Positions 52,010 to 60,982 of a stretch of DNA of 64,000 nucleotides are shown piece after piece. The stretch comes from Terriglobia bacterium (GTDB lineage: Bacteria > Acidobacteriota > Terriglobia > 2-12-FULL-54-10). The DNA lies in assembly GCA_963666975.2 (NCBI GenBank), contig CAXVYR010000003.1, forward strand, positions 352,001 to 416,000, written 5' to 3'. Position 1 is the stretch's first letter. Each line of letters begins with the position of its first letter. The translations under genes and the position numbers were made by a program. A model generated the notes under the pieces. That model saw only the letters and a list, made by a program, of their open reading frames with translations, did not search any database and was not told where the DNA came from.

Positions 52010-53098
52010 ATGGGCAAGTATGTATCGTTAAAAGATTTCGATTGGTTATTGTTGGTTCTTCTGCTCCTCATATCCGCCCTGGGAGTGGTCGAGATCTACA
52101 GCACCACGGCACACACCAAGTTTGCCGGAGCCCACGTCAAGCAAATTTACTGGATTTTGCTGGGTGTGAGTCTTATGTTCCTGGTCTGTCGCTATGATTA
52201 CCATGACTTATTGAATCACATACCCCTGATTTATATTCTGACTCTCGTGGCCCTGGTAGCTCTGCTCCTCCTGGGCAGTGACATTTCCGGTGCGCGCCGC
52301 TGGATTCGGGTTGGCGGCTTCAGTTTTCAAGTGTCGGAAGCCGTGAAGTTGGTTATAATTTTGTTGTTGGCGCGCTTTTTTAGCGAATCACACGAAGAGA
52401 GAGTCTCCTTGCCTGAGTTAGCAATGGTGTTTCTGGCTGTAGGGGTTCCCGGGGTGCTTGTCGCCATGCAACCTGATTTGGGCACAGCGCTTACCCTGGT
52501 GCCCATTGTGATAGTTACTTTGTTTCTCGCGGGCTTAAAATGGCGTTATTTCGGGATGATGCTGCTGGCCGGACTGATGATCTTGCCGGTTGGCTTGCAT
52601 TATCTGAAGCCGTATCAGAAAGCCAGAATCGCCACCTTCATGCATCCGGAGCAAGATCCTCAAAAAGCTGGTTATCAGCTTCTTCAATCCAAAATCGCGG
52701 TTGGTTCCGGACAACTGTGGGGCAAGGGAACCGCCCAAGGGACGCAAACACAATTATGGTTTTTGCCTGAGTCGCACACCGACTTTATCTTCGCGGCTTA
52801 CGCAGAGGAGCAGGGTTTTTTTGGCGTGTTATTCGCTTTGCTCCTTTATCTGCTCGCGTTGATGCGTTTAGTTCACAACGCAAAAAATGCGCCCGATGCA
52901 GGGGGAATGTTCATCATTGGAGGGGTTGTCGCAGTTTTGAGTTTTCAGATTCTGGTGAACATCGGAATGGTGGTCGGCTATGCGCCGGTTACCGGGATTC
53001 CTCTGCCCCTGATGAGTTACGGCGGCTCCTCCGCCCTGTTTATCTTCCTGTCGATGGGATTGGTGAATAGCGTTCGAGTTCGCCGTTTTGTTAACTGA
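52010..53098 (+). CDS. rodA: Rod shape-determining protein RodA
   Basis: GARRW, QPDLGT, QSKIAVGSG, LPESHTDFIF, GIPLPLMSYGGS. Confidence 0.96.
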   Translation: MGKYVSLKDFDWLLLVLLLLISALGVVEIYSTTAHTKFAGAHVKQIYWILLGVSLMFLVCRYDYHDLLNHIPLIYILTLVALVALLLLGSDISGARRWIRVGGFSFQVSEAVKLVIILLLARFFSESHEERVSLPELAMVFLAVGVPGVLVAMQPDLGTALTLVPIVIVTLFLAGLKWRYFGMMLLAGLMILPVGLHYLKPYQKARIATFMHPEQDPQKAGYQLLQSKIAVGSGQLWGKGTAQGTQTQLWFLPESHTDFIFAAYAEEQGFFGVLFALLLYLLALMRLVHNAKNAPDAGGMFIIGGVVAVLSFQILVNIGMVVGYAPVTGIPLPLMSYGGSSALFIFLSMGLVNSVRVRRFVN

Positions 53099-53117
53099 AG
53101 AAAGGATTTGTTTCTGG

Positions 53118-53763
53118 AGTGGAGACTCCCGGTGGATGCCGGCTCCATTCCATCCAATGAAAGGTGCCCGCCCGGCAGTTGGAGACCTCGGGGGGAACGC
53201 CAAGCACTCTTGTGGGGAATGCCTGGTTTATTCCAGCGGCGTGGAATCAGTCCGCTGGCCAGGTTGTTGACCCCAGGCTGTTGACCCAAGGCGGAGTTTT
53301 CGAGGCGAAGGCTGAGGCGGATGAGGAGATGCCAGTGGGAATGAGACCGGGCATCCCTCGACAATTTTGAAGAAGTAAAAGAATTGCAGAACGCAAAACG
53401 AGATGCCGGAAGAGCCAGGGGTGGCTCTCAACAAGTTCGTTAGAGAATGGATAGGCTCCGGTCAAAGCCGGAAGCGGAGGACATCCTGCTCCCCCCAGGA
53501 AAAATGCCTGGGGAGACGAAACGCCCCTTTAGAAAAAGGGGAAGCAGCTTTTGCTGGATTGCATCCTTCGCATCGGCGAGTCCGTCCATGCCCCGGCCTA
53601 TTTTGAATAGGCGCGAAGGGGTTTTATCGCCGCAGTGGTGCGGCCCGTCCGGAGCAGTATTCTAAATCTAGTTTTGGCAAACCCCTGTTGGAACCTGTAG
53701 CTTGACCTGAGGTTCCTTGCATCTGCTTCCTCTCATCCCGCCTTCAGCGTCCTGCCCAAGGAG
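53118..53763 (+). ncRNA. Putative long structured 5' leader/ncRNA upstream of rne/rng
   Basis: Long-range complementarity 53311-53332 with 53719-53748 plus many local hairpins; no credible ORF. Confidence 0.5.
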
Positions 53764-53768
53764 TTCTC

Positions 53769-56342
53769 ATGTTAAAAGAGATGATTGTGGTTACTTCCAG
53801 CCACGAAACCAAGATTGCCATGCTGGAAGATGAGCAGGTCGCCGAGGTGTACTTTGAACGGCAAAAGGAGTACAGCTTGGCAGGCAGTATTTATAAAGGC
53901 AGGGTCATGCGTGTTCTGCCGGGCATGCAATCGGCCTTTGTCAACGTCGGATTAGACCGGGACGCCTTTCTGTATGTCTCTGACTTTTTTGAAGATTTGG
54001 AAGAATACGAGACGGTTGCTACAACTGAAGCGGAGGAGCCGATTGTCCGCCCAGTTGCGCAGGTGGAGGAGCAGACCCAGGGTATGTCCCCACAAGGTGT
54101 GTCCCCCCGAGATGTGGCCAATGCAGAACTCGGTGATGCATCCCGCTCAGAGTCCAGCGAGCGCATTCCACAGGCTGGGGTTGCAGCGCCGGTTGGAGAA
54201 GGCAAAGCTGAATCCAATAATGCGTCCAGGCCGACGGAGGAAGCTTCCGCCCGAAGTGCTCCCGAGGATGCAACCCAGGCGAAGGCCCACCACTCCGGCG
54301 GACGCTCCCGCCACTTCTCGCGGCGTTCCCGGCGACGCCCGCCCCGGAACAAAGGGTTTCCTGATTCCAAGTATGCCAGCCAGCCCGGTTCGGCCTCTCC
54401 GGCTGGCGATTCGCCCTCGATTCCCACTCCGACTATTTTGCCAGGTGAATCTCTGGCCAAGTATAAAGGCGTAGAAGATGCGCCAGGGTTGCCCCCGATT
54501 GAACAGAACAGCGGAGGTTCGACAGAAACTCTTACAGTACAAGAAGAAAGGCCGCAAGTTTCTTCCGACGCGTCTGCCGCCGAGATAGTCGCGCCCCCAA
54601 GCGACTTCTTGAAAGAGCCACAAGCCGGGCAGGAAAATCAGGCGATACTGTCTCCGCCCCAGGCTCCTGTAGATATTCAACCCGTGGAGAAAGCTCTCGA
54701 AGAAGAACGGATGGCGAATGAAACTCCCGCCCCGGAAATCCACTTGGCGGAAGAACCTGTTGCAGCAGAAGGTAACGAGGTGAAGCAGCAAGCCGATCAG
54801 AGCCTCGCCGCTGAACCCGATGGGATGGAAGAACCGCAAACGGAATCTGTTACTTCCCAGGCCAAAATGATTTCTGCAGAATCTGCTGTTGCTGAGCCCA
54901 ATGCTCCGGAGACTTCCGAAGAAGGCCATCCACTGCCGGTTGTTCCGAAAAGCGAGGAGGAGGAAGCAAGCAAGGAAGTGGAGGGAGGGGAAGAAGAGAC
55001 GCGGATGCCGCAGCAGGCTACCGTCCGCGAGGGGCAGCGGAATCCCCGCTATCAGCGAAGGTCCCGCTGGGGAGGGCGCAGGGAAGGCCGGGGCGGCACA
55101 GTCCGTAGCGGCGGCCGCGCGAAAGAACCGGAAACTCCCAAGCCCTTGATTGCCGATCTGCTCAAAGAAGGCCAGGAGATCATCGTACAGATTGCAAAGG
55201 AACCTCTCGGCAAAAAAGGAGCCCGAATTACTTCCCATATCGCTCTGCCCGGCCGGTACCTGGTTTTCATGCCGACGGTGAATCACGTGGGAATCTCCCG
55301 AAGAATTCCTTCCGAGCAGGAGCGGCAGCGGTTGAAGCGCATCATCCTGTCTAATAACCGAAACATTGCGGGCGGATTCATTGCCCGCACGGCGGCGGAA
55401 GGCCGCAGCGAAGAAGACTTGCGGCAAGACATCCTTTTCCTCTCCAACCTTTGGGCTGAGATCAAACTCCAGGCGGAGAAGTCGCCGGCTCCCGTTCTCC
55501 TGCATCACGATTGGAATCTTGTGCTGCGAACGCTGCGGGATCAACTCTCCGAGGAATTTTCCAAGATCTGGGTGGACAACGAGCAGGAATACGAGCGGAT
55601 CGTGAGCCTGGTCAGTAAATTCCAGCCTGCGCTGGTCAATCGTGTCAAACTCTACACGAAGGAAGTTCCCTTGTTCGAGGAACTCGGCATTCAGGAAGAG
55701 ATTAACAAAGCCCTCAAGCCGAAAGTTTGGCTGAAGTCCGGCGGCTATATTGTCATCAATCAGACAGAGGCTCTGGTGGCCATCGACGTGAACACCGGGA
55801 AATTTGTGGGCAAGTCGAACCGCCTGGAGGACACGATTGTTAAAACCAACGTGGAAGCTATCCAGGAGATCGTGCGGCAGATTCGTTTGCGGGATCTGGG
55901 CGGCATCATCGTGATTGATTTTATTGACATGGATGAGCGGAAAAACCGGCAGAAAGTAATGACAGCGCTCGAAGATGCTTTGAGGGCGGACAAGGCCCCC
56001 TCCAAGGTGTTGCCCTTCAACGAATTCGGCCTGGTTGCCATCACCCGCAAAAGAGTCCGGCAGTCGCTGGAACGAACGCTTTGCCAGCCGTGTCCGTATT
56101 GCAACAATTCCGGGCTGGTCAAATCTCCCGCGACGGTCTGCCATGAGATTCTCGCCGAGGCCAAGAAGCTGGCTTCGCAACTGGACCGCAAGCAGGTCAC
56201 CCTGCGGGTGAATCCGGAAGTTGCCAAGGTCCTGAAGTCGCGCGACAACAGCTTCCTGCAGGAGATCGAGGAACTCATCAACAAGGATGTCATCGTCCGG
56301 AATGATGCGTCTCTCCACATAGAAAACTTTGATTTTCACTAG
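53769..56342 (+). CDS. rne: Rne/Rng family ribonuclease with a large low-complexity insertion in the S1 domain
   Basis: GSIYKGRV.RVLPGMQSAFV, QIAKEPLGKKGARIT, AIDVNTG, RLRDLGGIIVIDFIDM, CPYC. Confidence 0.93.
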   Translation: MLKEMIVVTSSHETKIAMLEDEQVAEVYFERQKEYSLAGSIYKGRVMRVLPGMQSAFVNVGLDRDAFLYVSDFFEDLEEYETVATTEAEEPIVRPVAQVEEQTQGMSPQGVSPRDVANAELGDASRSESSERIPQAGVAAPVGEGKAESNNASRPTEEASARSAPEDATQAKAHHSGGRSRHFSRRSRRRPPRNKGFPDSKYASQPGSASPAGDSPSIPTPTILPGESLAKYKGVEDAPGLPPIEQNSGGSTETLTVQEERPQVSSDASAAEIVAPPSDFLKEPQAGQENQAILSPPQAPVDIQPVEKALEEERMANETPAPEIHLAEEPVAAEGNEVKQQADQSLAAEPDGMEEPQTESVTSQAKMISAESAVAEPNAPETSEEGHPLPVVPKSEEEEASKEVEGGEEETRMPQQATVREGQRNPRYQRRSRWGGRREGRGGTVRSGGRAKEPETPKPLIADLLKEGQEIIVQIAKEPLGKKGARITSHIALPGRYLVFMPTVNHVGISRRIPSEQERQRLKRIILSNNRNIAGGFIARTAAEGRSEEDLRQDILFLSNLWAEIKLQAEKSPAPVLLHHDWNLVLRTLRDQLSEEFSKIWVDNEQEYERIVSLVSKFQPALVNRVKLYTKEVPLFEELGIQEEINKALKPKVWLKSGGYIVINQTEALVAIDVNTGKFVGKSNRLEDTIVKTNVEAIQEIVRQIRLRDLGGIIVIDFIDMDERKNRQKVMTALEDALRADKAPSKVLPFNEFGLVAITRKRVRQSLERTLCQPCPYCNNSGLVKSPATVCHEILAEAKKLASQLDRKQVTLRVNPEVAKVLKSRDNSFLQEIEELINKDVIVRNDASLHIENFDFH

Positions 56343-56439
56343 ATTGGTTTTACGAATTGTGTATCCCGTCAGGGCCTGGTTTTAACCGTGCCTTGACGAG
56401 AGGGTAATATGGAATACGTAAATTTTGGAACAGGTCTAA

Positions 56440-56658
56440 CCGGTTGTTGAAAAACGCCATTTGTCCGCTCCCTCTCCCTCACGGCCCGCCACCCGATGGG
56501 CTCTGGACCGCAGGGCGGTCGCGGCTCGGAATGGGCGTGCTGATTGGGCTACACTTGCCGAGCCGCGCGCGCCTGTCCCGCCTGCCCTGAGCATGGCCGA
56601 AGGGAGCGAAACCGAGGGATTAGCAAGCGGACCCTTACACCAGTTTTTCAACAATCCC
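56440..56658. mobile_element. 219-bp MITE-like element with IS5/IS1182-like ends and CTAA flanks, carrying REP-like repeats
   Basis: CTAA|CCGGTTGTTGAAAAAC ... GTTTTTCAACAATCCC|CTAA. Confidence 0.7.
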
Positions 56659-56674
56659 CTAACAGGAATGAATG

Positions 56675-56923
56675 TCATCCCAGGCAGTGCTTGTCGCAGG
56701 TAACAGGCGCATTCGGGAACAGGGAGCACTCCTGCACGTCGGCCGCTTTCAGGCTGCCGAAGGATCCTTCGCGGCGTTGGAACCTCACACGGGCTGGAGC
56801 TTGTTTTTCAGGACAGAGCAGCGTGCGACGGAAAATTCGAGGGCCCCAGCGGCGGACGATTCCAAAGGCGATGCTCCACGTGATCGCAACCACAATCAGG
56901 GCGAAAACAATCGTGGTATCCAT
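56675..56923 (-). CDS. Small membrane-anchored four-cysteine protein
   Basis: GGGGAG RBS; N-terminal TM; CPEK..CSLFP..C...C. Confidence 0.75.
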   Translation of the reverse strand: MDTTIVFALIVVAITWSIAFGIVRRWGPRIFRRTLLCPEKQAPARVRFQRREGSFGSLKAADVQECSLFPNAPVTCDKHCLG

Positions 56924-57093
56924 AACGTTCTCCCCCTTTCTGGCCAAAGTACAGCTCTGTTTCCCCCGGACATTCATGGTCGACCTTTGCGAATCCGTTC
57001 ATGGTTTTACACAGGAGGGTTTTGCGCAGCTGGTTTCCAACGGAATCTTGAAAGAGTAAGATGGTTGGCGGGCGTTGAACTTGGCGGGAAGAA

Positions 57094-57756
57094 ATGGACA
57101 CTTGCATGATTTTCAGAAAATGCTGCTCCAAGTTCGATCCGCTGACGTTGCTGACCCTCATGACGATGGCGGTCGTGCCGGGTCCGCAAGCTGCACTGGC
57201 AGTCGCCCTTTTTCCTCCGGCGGAGCTGCAAGCGGAAGGGACCGCATCCGAAGCGCGGAGTTCTGAATCAAAGATAGAGATGGGAAAGACCAGTCAATCT
57301 GCTGGCCGGAAGATGTCCTTGCCGATGCACTTCACCGCAGCGGAAGGGGAAACGGTTGGAAGCATTCGCGCTGAGATCGTTGTGCCGGAAGGCCATTATG
57401 AATTCGACCGAGTGTTGCTTGCAAAAGATTCCCGCTTGAAGGTCTCGGCCAAGAAACGAAATGAAGAAAGCAAAGATGTCGAGGGGAAACGCACTCGGCA
57501 GACCGTGATCGAAACGACGTTTTCAGCCGGAAGCCGCGCGATCCGAAACGGCTTGATCGGTTTTCTGCAACTCGACGTTGCAAAACAGGGAAGGGCGGCG
57601 TCTTCGCGGATGATTTCCGGCATAACCATTCGGAAGATCGAAACCTCGCCGCCCGAACCGGAGCTTCTGGTGGGCGAGCCGTCCCAACGACCTTTTCCCA
57701 TGCCCCCCGATCCACCCGCCAGCCCGGCGGTTGGCTGCTTTTTCTTCACGCACTAA
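57094..57756 (+). CDS. Hypothetical exported beta-rich (cohesin-like) protein with Pro-rich linker and C-terminal CFFFTH
   Basis: Signal-like N-terminus (start uncertain), alternating beta pattern, PPDPPASPAVGCFFFTH end. Confidence 0.6.
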   Translation: MDTCMIFRKCCSKFDPLTLLTLMTMAVVPGPQAALAVALFPPAELQAEGTASEARSSESKIEMGKTSQSAGRKMSLPMHFTAAEGETVGSIRAEIVVPEGHYEFDRVLLAKDSRLKVSAKKRNEESKDVEGKRTRQTVIETTFSAGSRAIRNGLIGFLQLDVAKQGRAASSRMISGITIRKIETSPPEPELLVGEPSQRPFPMPPDPPASPAVGCFFFTH

Positions 57757-57769
57757 GCGCACGGCGATG

Positions 57770-57946
57770 TTAGCCGTGTCCGAGGAACATCAGCCAGGCC
57801 ATTCCGAAGCTCACCACCGCAAAGATTCCAAAGATCCAAAGGCCGTAAAGAAGCCGCTCGTGATTGGTGTCCCTGCTCGTGACGGCAAATACGACGGAAG
57901 TAAAGAGGGCGAACAGAAAAGCGGCGACGAAGTGCGAGATGCTCAT
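57770..57946 (-). CDS. 58-aa two-TM membrane protein (below ORF-track cutoff)
   Basis: MSISHFVAAFLFALFTSVVFAVT..LLYGLWIFGIFAVVSFGMAWLMFLGHG; co-directional with the upstream operon. Confidence 0.75.
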   Translation of the reverse strand: MSISHFVAAFLFALFTSVVFAVTSRDTNHERLLYGLWIFGIFAVVSFGMAWLMFLGHG

Positions 57947-57996
57947 CTTAAATTCAGGTTGTTATTGCCCCGCAGGGCGCAACACAGCGACGTTTG

Positions 57997-58401
57997 CTAA
58001 CTCTTTTTGCCGGTGGCGATGTCGTAGGCATCCAGCATGCAAAGGATGTTCAACAATCCAGCCACCAGCAGAAATTTGGTCCCGTAATCGGCCATGGGAG
58101 AGGGCATCACGTCCTGATGATATCCGAAGAACTTGGCGCCCAGGAACAGCAGGCCCGTGCCTAAATCGCCCAGGAAGCCAAGCGTTTCGACGAGATTCGA
58201 TGGTGTCAGAGCAAAGAAACGGCCTTGCATCGCCATGCCCAAAGCGAACATGGAACCCACCGAGAAAAGAAGCAGACCTCCGCGGCCCCATCGCCGCTGC
58301 CACAGGTGCCCTCCGCCGGGGATCAGCCATGCGGCCAGGACCGGTGCAACCGGCAGGTTGCCTGCGAGCGCATTACTGGTTGCCGCTTGTTTAGATGCCA
58401 T
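57997..58401 (-). CDS. Conserved membrane protein (DUF6677-like)
   Basis: AWLIPGGGHL, YGTKFLLVAGLLNILCMLDAYD. Confidence 0.8.
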   Translation of the reverse strand: MASKQAATSNALAGNLPVAPVLAAWLIPGGGHLWQRRWGRGGLLLFSVGSMFALGMAMQGRFFALTPSNLVETLGFLGDLGTGLLFLGAKFFGYHQDVMPSPMADYGTKFLLVAGLLNILCMLDAYDIATGKKS

Positions 58402-59599
58402 TGCTTGCTCCGGAAGCGTGGGACCGGGTTCTGATCCGAATCAACTCGTTCTGCACCGAGCCGGTGACGCGGGCTTCCCGCTCTCCAACAAATACATTCA
58501 CCTCGCTCCGCACGCCAAACTCGGGAAGGTAGATGCCGGGCTCGATGGAAAAAGCCGTCAGCGGAATAATCTCCCGTTCGTCCCGCGTCTCCAAATTGTC
58601 GATATTAGCACCGTTTCCATGAACCGTCTCGCCAATGGAATGGCCGGTGCGATGCAGGAAGCAATTACCATACCCGCTTTGCTCGATAAAGTCTCGCGCC
58701 ACGCGGTCAACTTCCCAGCCGCAGAGTTTCCGTCCCTGCCGAACGGCTGTCTGCACCGTCTCGACCGCCCTGTCCCTGGCTGTGCGCACGATGTCGAAAA
58801 TCTGCTGGATTTTCTCCGGCGGATCGTCGCCGAGAAAGCCGGTCCATGTCACGTCATAATATACGGACCCCGGCTTGTTTTGTTTGGCCCAGACGTCGAG
58901 CAGCACGAAATCACCCGCGCGAATCGGCGAGGGCCGCTCCCGGCTCACTGCGTGGTGCGGGTTGCCGGAGTTGTCGTTGACGGCGACGATGGGCGGGTCG
59001 CTGGTAATCAGGCCATTGTTTTTGAACTGCTCCAGGATAAAGTCCTGGATCACGGCTTCGTTCGTTTCGCCGTCCTCGCTCACTCTCTCGCCCATCGCTT
59101 CAAATGCTTCCGAGATAATTCTATCAATTCGCTTGCCCGCCTCCATGTGAGATTCGAGCGCCGCTGGTGTCCATCGCGCTTCAAACAATTGCACCAGATC
59201 GGCTGAGCTGACCACCTTTTTACCAAAGCTCCGGATCAGCTCCACCGTCCCCGCGTCCACCCTGGAGATGTAGGGGATTTGATTGTCGGGCGAGTATTGC
59301 ATCGCCAAGCTGCCGAACGGCGTGAGCATCTCTTGCAGGCGCTGGCGCTGCTCCTGCCATGCTGTGTAAAGCCGCTTCTCGCCGGGAAGAGAGTCCAGTT
59401 GCGCGCTCTCAATTCTGTGGACCAGCTTCAAAGGAGAACCCTGCGCGGGCACCAAGTAATACCACCGTCTGGTTGATATCGCCGTTTCGGGGAGGCCCAG
59501 CACGCGGCAGGCAATCGGGTCGCGGTGCTCAAAATCGTAAAACAGCCACGCCTCAATGCCACGTTCCCGAAGAGCTTGTTGAAGGAGTTCCAAATCCAT
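58391..59599 (-). CDS. M24 family Xaa-Pro aminopeptidase-like metallopeptidase
   Basis: LLD.W, YDVT, HRTGHSIG, SIEPGIY, GVRSE. Confidence 0.93.
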   Translation of the reverse strand: MDLELLQQALRERGIEAWLFYDFEHRDPIACRVLGLPETAISTRRWYYLVPAQGSPLKLVHRIESAQLDSLPGEKRLYTAWQEQRQRLQEMLTPFGSLAMQYSPDNQIPYISRVDAGTVELIRSFGKKVVSSADLVQLFEARWTPAALESHMEAGKRIDRIISEAFEAMGERVSEDGETNEAVIQDFILEQFKNNGLITSDPPIVAVNDNSGNPHHAVSRERPSPIRAGDFVLLDVWAKQNKPGSVYYDVTWTGFLGDDPPEKIQQIFDIVRTARDRAVETVQTAVRQGRKLCGWEVDRVARDFIEQSGYGNCFLHRTGHSIGETVHGNGANIDNLETRDEREIIPLTAFSIEPGIYLPEFGVRSEVNVFVGEREARVTGSVQNELIRIRTRSHASGASNGI

Positions 59600-59710
59600 T
59601 GATCTGCTTCCGGGCAAGCAGTCGCCATTATGAAGCGCTATCTGCTCGTAATCTTACAGTATACACCAGCCCGTAAGATGAGAAGTCTGCACTGCGCCCG
59701 AGGACAACAA

Positions 59711-59792
59711 TCCGAGCCGCGACCGTGAGGGAGCGGTTCCACAAGTTCGAGAATTCACCGTGCGGTTGGGACCGCTCCATTACTGTCGCGGC
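59711..59792. repeat. Inverted REP-like pair (REPIN-like)
   Basis: GAGCCGCGACCGTGAGGGAGCGGT ... ACCGCTCCATTACTGTCGCGGC. Confidence 0.75.
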
Positions 59793-59816
59793 ACAGATAC
59801 ACTCTTTAGATACACT

Positions 59817-60077
59817 CTAATGTCCCGCTGCAAATCGCAAAAACTCCGCTTCGGTGACCTCCTCCAGTTCCAGCAGTTTGTGCTGCGATTTTTTTCCCGA
59901 CAACAGTCGCACACGGGAGCGGGGGATTCCCAGGCCCCGCGCAAAAAACTCGATACAGGCTTGGTTGGCCTTGCCATCGACCGGCGGCGCAGTCAGTTGC
60001 AGCTTCCACTCATCTTGAAGCTGTCCGGCCAGCCGGTTCCGTTTTGCCCGAGGCTGCACGCGGATTTTTATCTTCAT
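59817..60077 (-). CDS. yggU: DUF167 (YggU) family protein
   Basis: VQPRAK, TAPPVDGKAN, SGKKSQHK. Confidence 0.92.
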   Translation of the reverse strand: MKIKIRVQPRAKRNRLAGQLQDEWKLQLTAPPVDGKANQACIEFFARGLGIPRSRVRLLSGKKSQHKLLELEEVTEAEFLRFAAGH

Positions 60078-60083
60078 AACCGT

Positions 60084-60797
60084 TCAAGTCGGCGGGAATG
60101 GCTTGGTTGTTCTCGGTCCGAAGATAGCTGTGCCGACGCGCACGATGGTGGAGCCCTCCTCGATGGCGACCTCAAAATCATGAGTCATCCCCATGGAGAG
60201 TTCCCGCACATGCTGGAACCCGGCCTCTTGCAGGCGGTCCCGTAACTGGCGCAGGCGGCGAAAATAGGGCCGCGCCTTTTCCGGGTCGTCCGTGAAGGGA
60301 GGCATGGTCATCAATCCCTGCAACTCCAGCTTGTCCTGGGAGCTGATGAAGCCAGCCAGCCGCTCCACTTCCTGCTCCGTAACGCCGGTTTTAGCCTCCT
60401 CTTCACCCAGCTTCACCTCGATCAGCACTGGGAGTGTCTTGTTCGCCGCCGCCGCGGCGTCATTCAAGCGGCGCGCCAGCCGTTCGCTATCGACCGTCTG
60501 CACCCAGTCGAAGACCATTGCCGGCTGAACCTTGTTCGATTGCAGATGGCCGATAAAATGAAAAGTGGCTTCCGGCAGTTCCAGGTGAGGGAGTTTCTGT
60601 TGGAACTCCTGCACGCGATTTTCACCAAAATCGCGCAAGCCGCACTCGTAGGCTTTGATGATGCTCTCTGCCGGGAAAGTTTTCGTGACCGCCACGAGGC
60701 GAACCGATACGGATTTTCGCTCTGCACGAGAGGCGGCGCGAGCCATCCGCTCCAGCACCTGGGCGGCGTTCGTGGCGATGTCAACGGCAGAGGTCAC
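60084..60797 (-). CDS. yggS: YggS family PLP-binding protein
   Basis: LVAVTKT, FGENRVQE, HFIGHLQSNK, LSMGMTHD, VRVGTAIFG. Confidence 0.96.
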   Translation of the reverse strand: MTSAVDIATNAAQVLERMARAASRAERKSVSVRLVAVTKTFPAESIIKAYECGLRDFGENRVQEFQQKLPHLELPEATFHFIGHLQSNKVQPAMVFDWVQTVDSERLARRLNDAAAAANKTLPVLIEVKLGEEEAKTGVTEQEVERLAGFISSQDKLELQGLMTMPPFTDDPEKARPYFRRLRQLRDRLQEAGFQHVRELSMGMTHDFEVAIEEGSTIVRVGTAIFGPRTTKPFPPT

Positions 60798-60982
60798 AGA
60801 AGAGCCTTTCCATAAAGATTCTAACATGCTGGCCGGGAGGTGCTCAGGAACGGCCCTGCGCGAGTGCGACAGTCCACTAGAGAAGTACAGAGAAATGCAG
60901 AAATGCGAAGATGCAGAAATGCTATGATACTCTGCAATTCCCAACGAGAGCCAACCCCTGGAAGCGTCCCCGGAAGCGTCTA

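Noticed and set aside
53100-53768. RNase P RNA, tmRNA or self-splicing intron
   Set aside because: No GAGGAAAGTCC RNase P motif, no tRNA-like ends, no recognisable intron termini
54147-56339. 730-aa ORF on the - strand
   Set aside because: Antisense shadow of rne/rng
60890-60981. Short AAATGC(A/G) and GGAAGCGTC repeats in the yggS-tmk divergent region
   Set aside because: Too short and irregular to assign; may be promoter-region slippage
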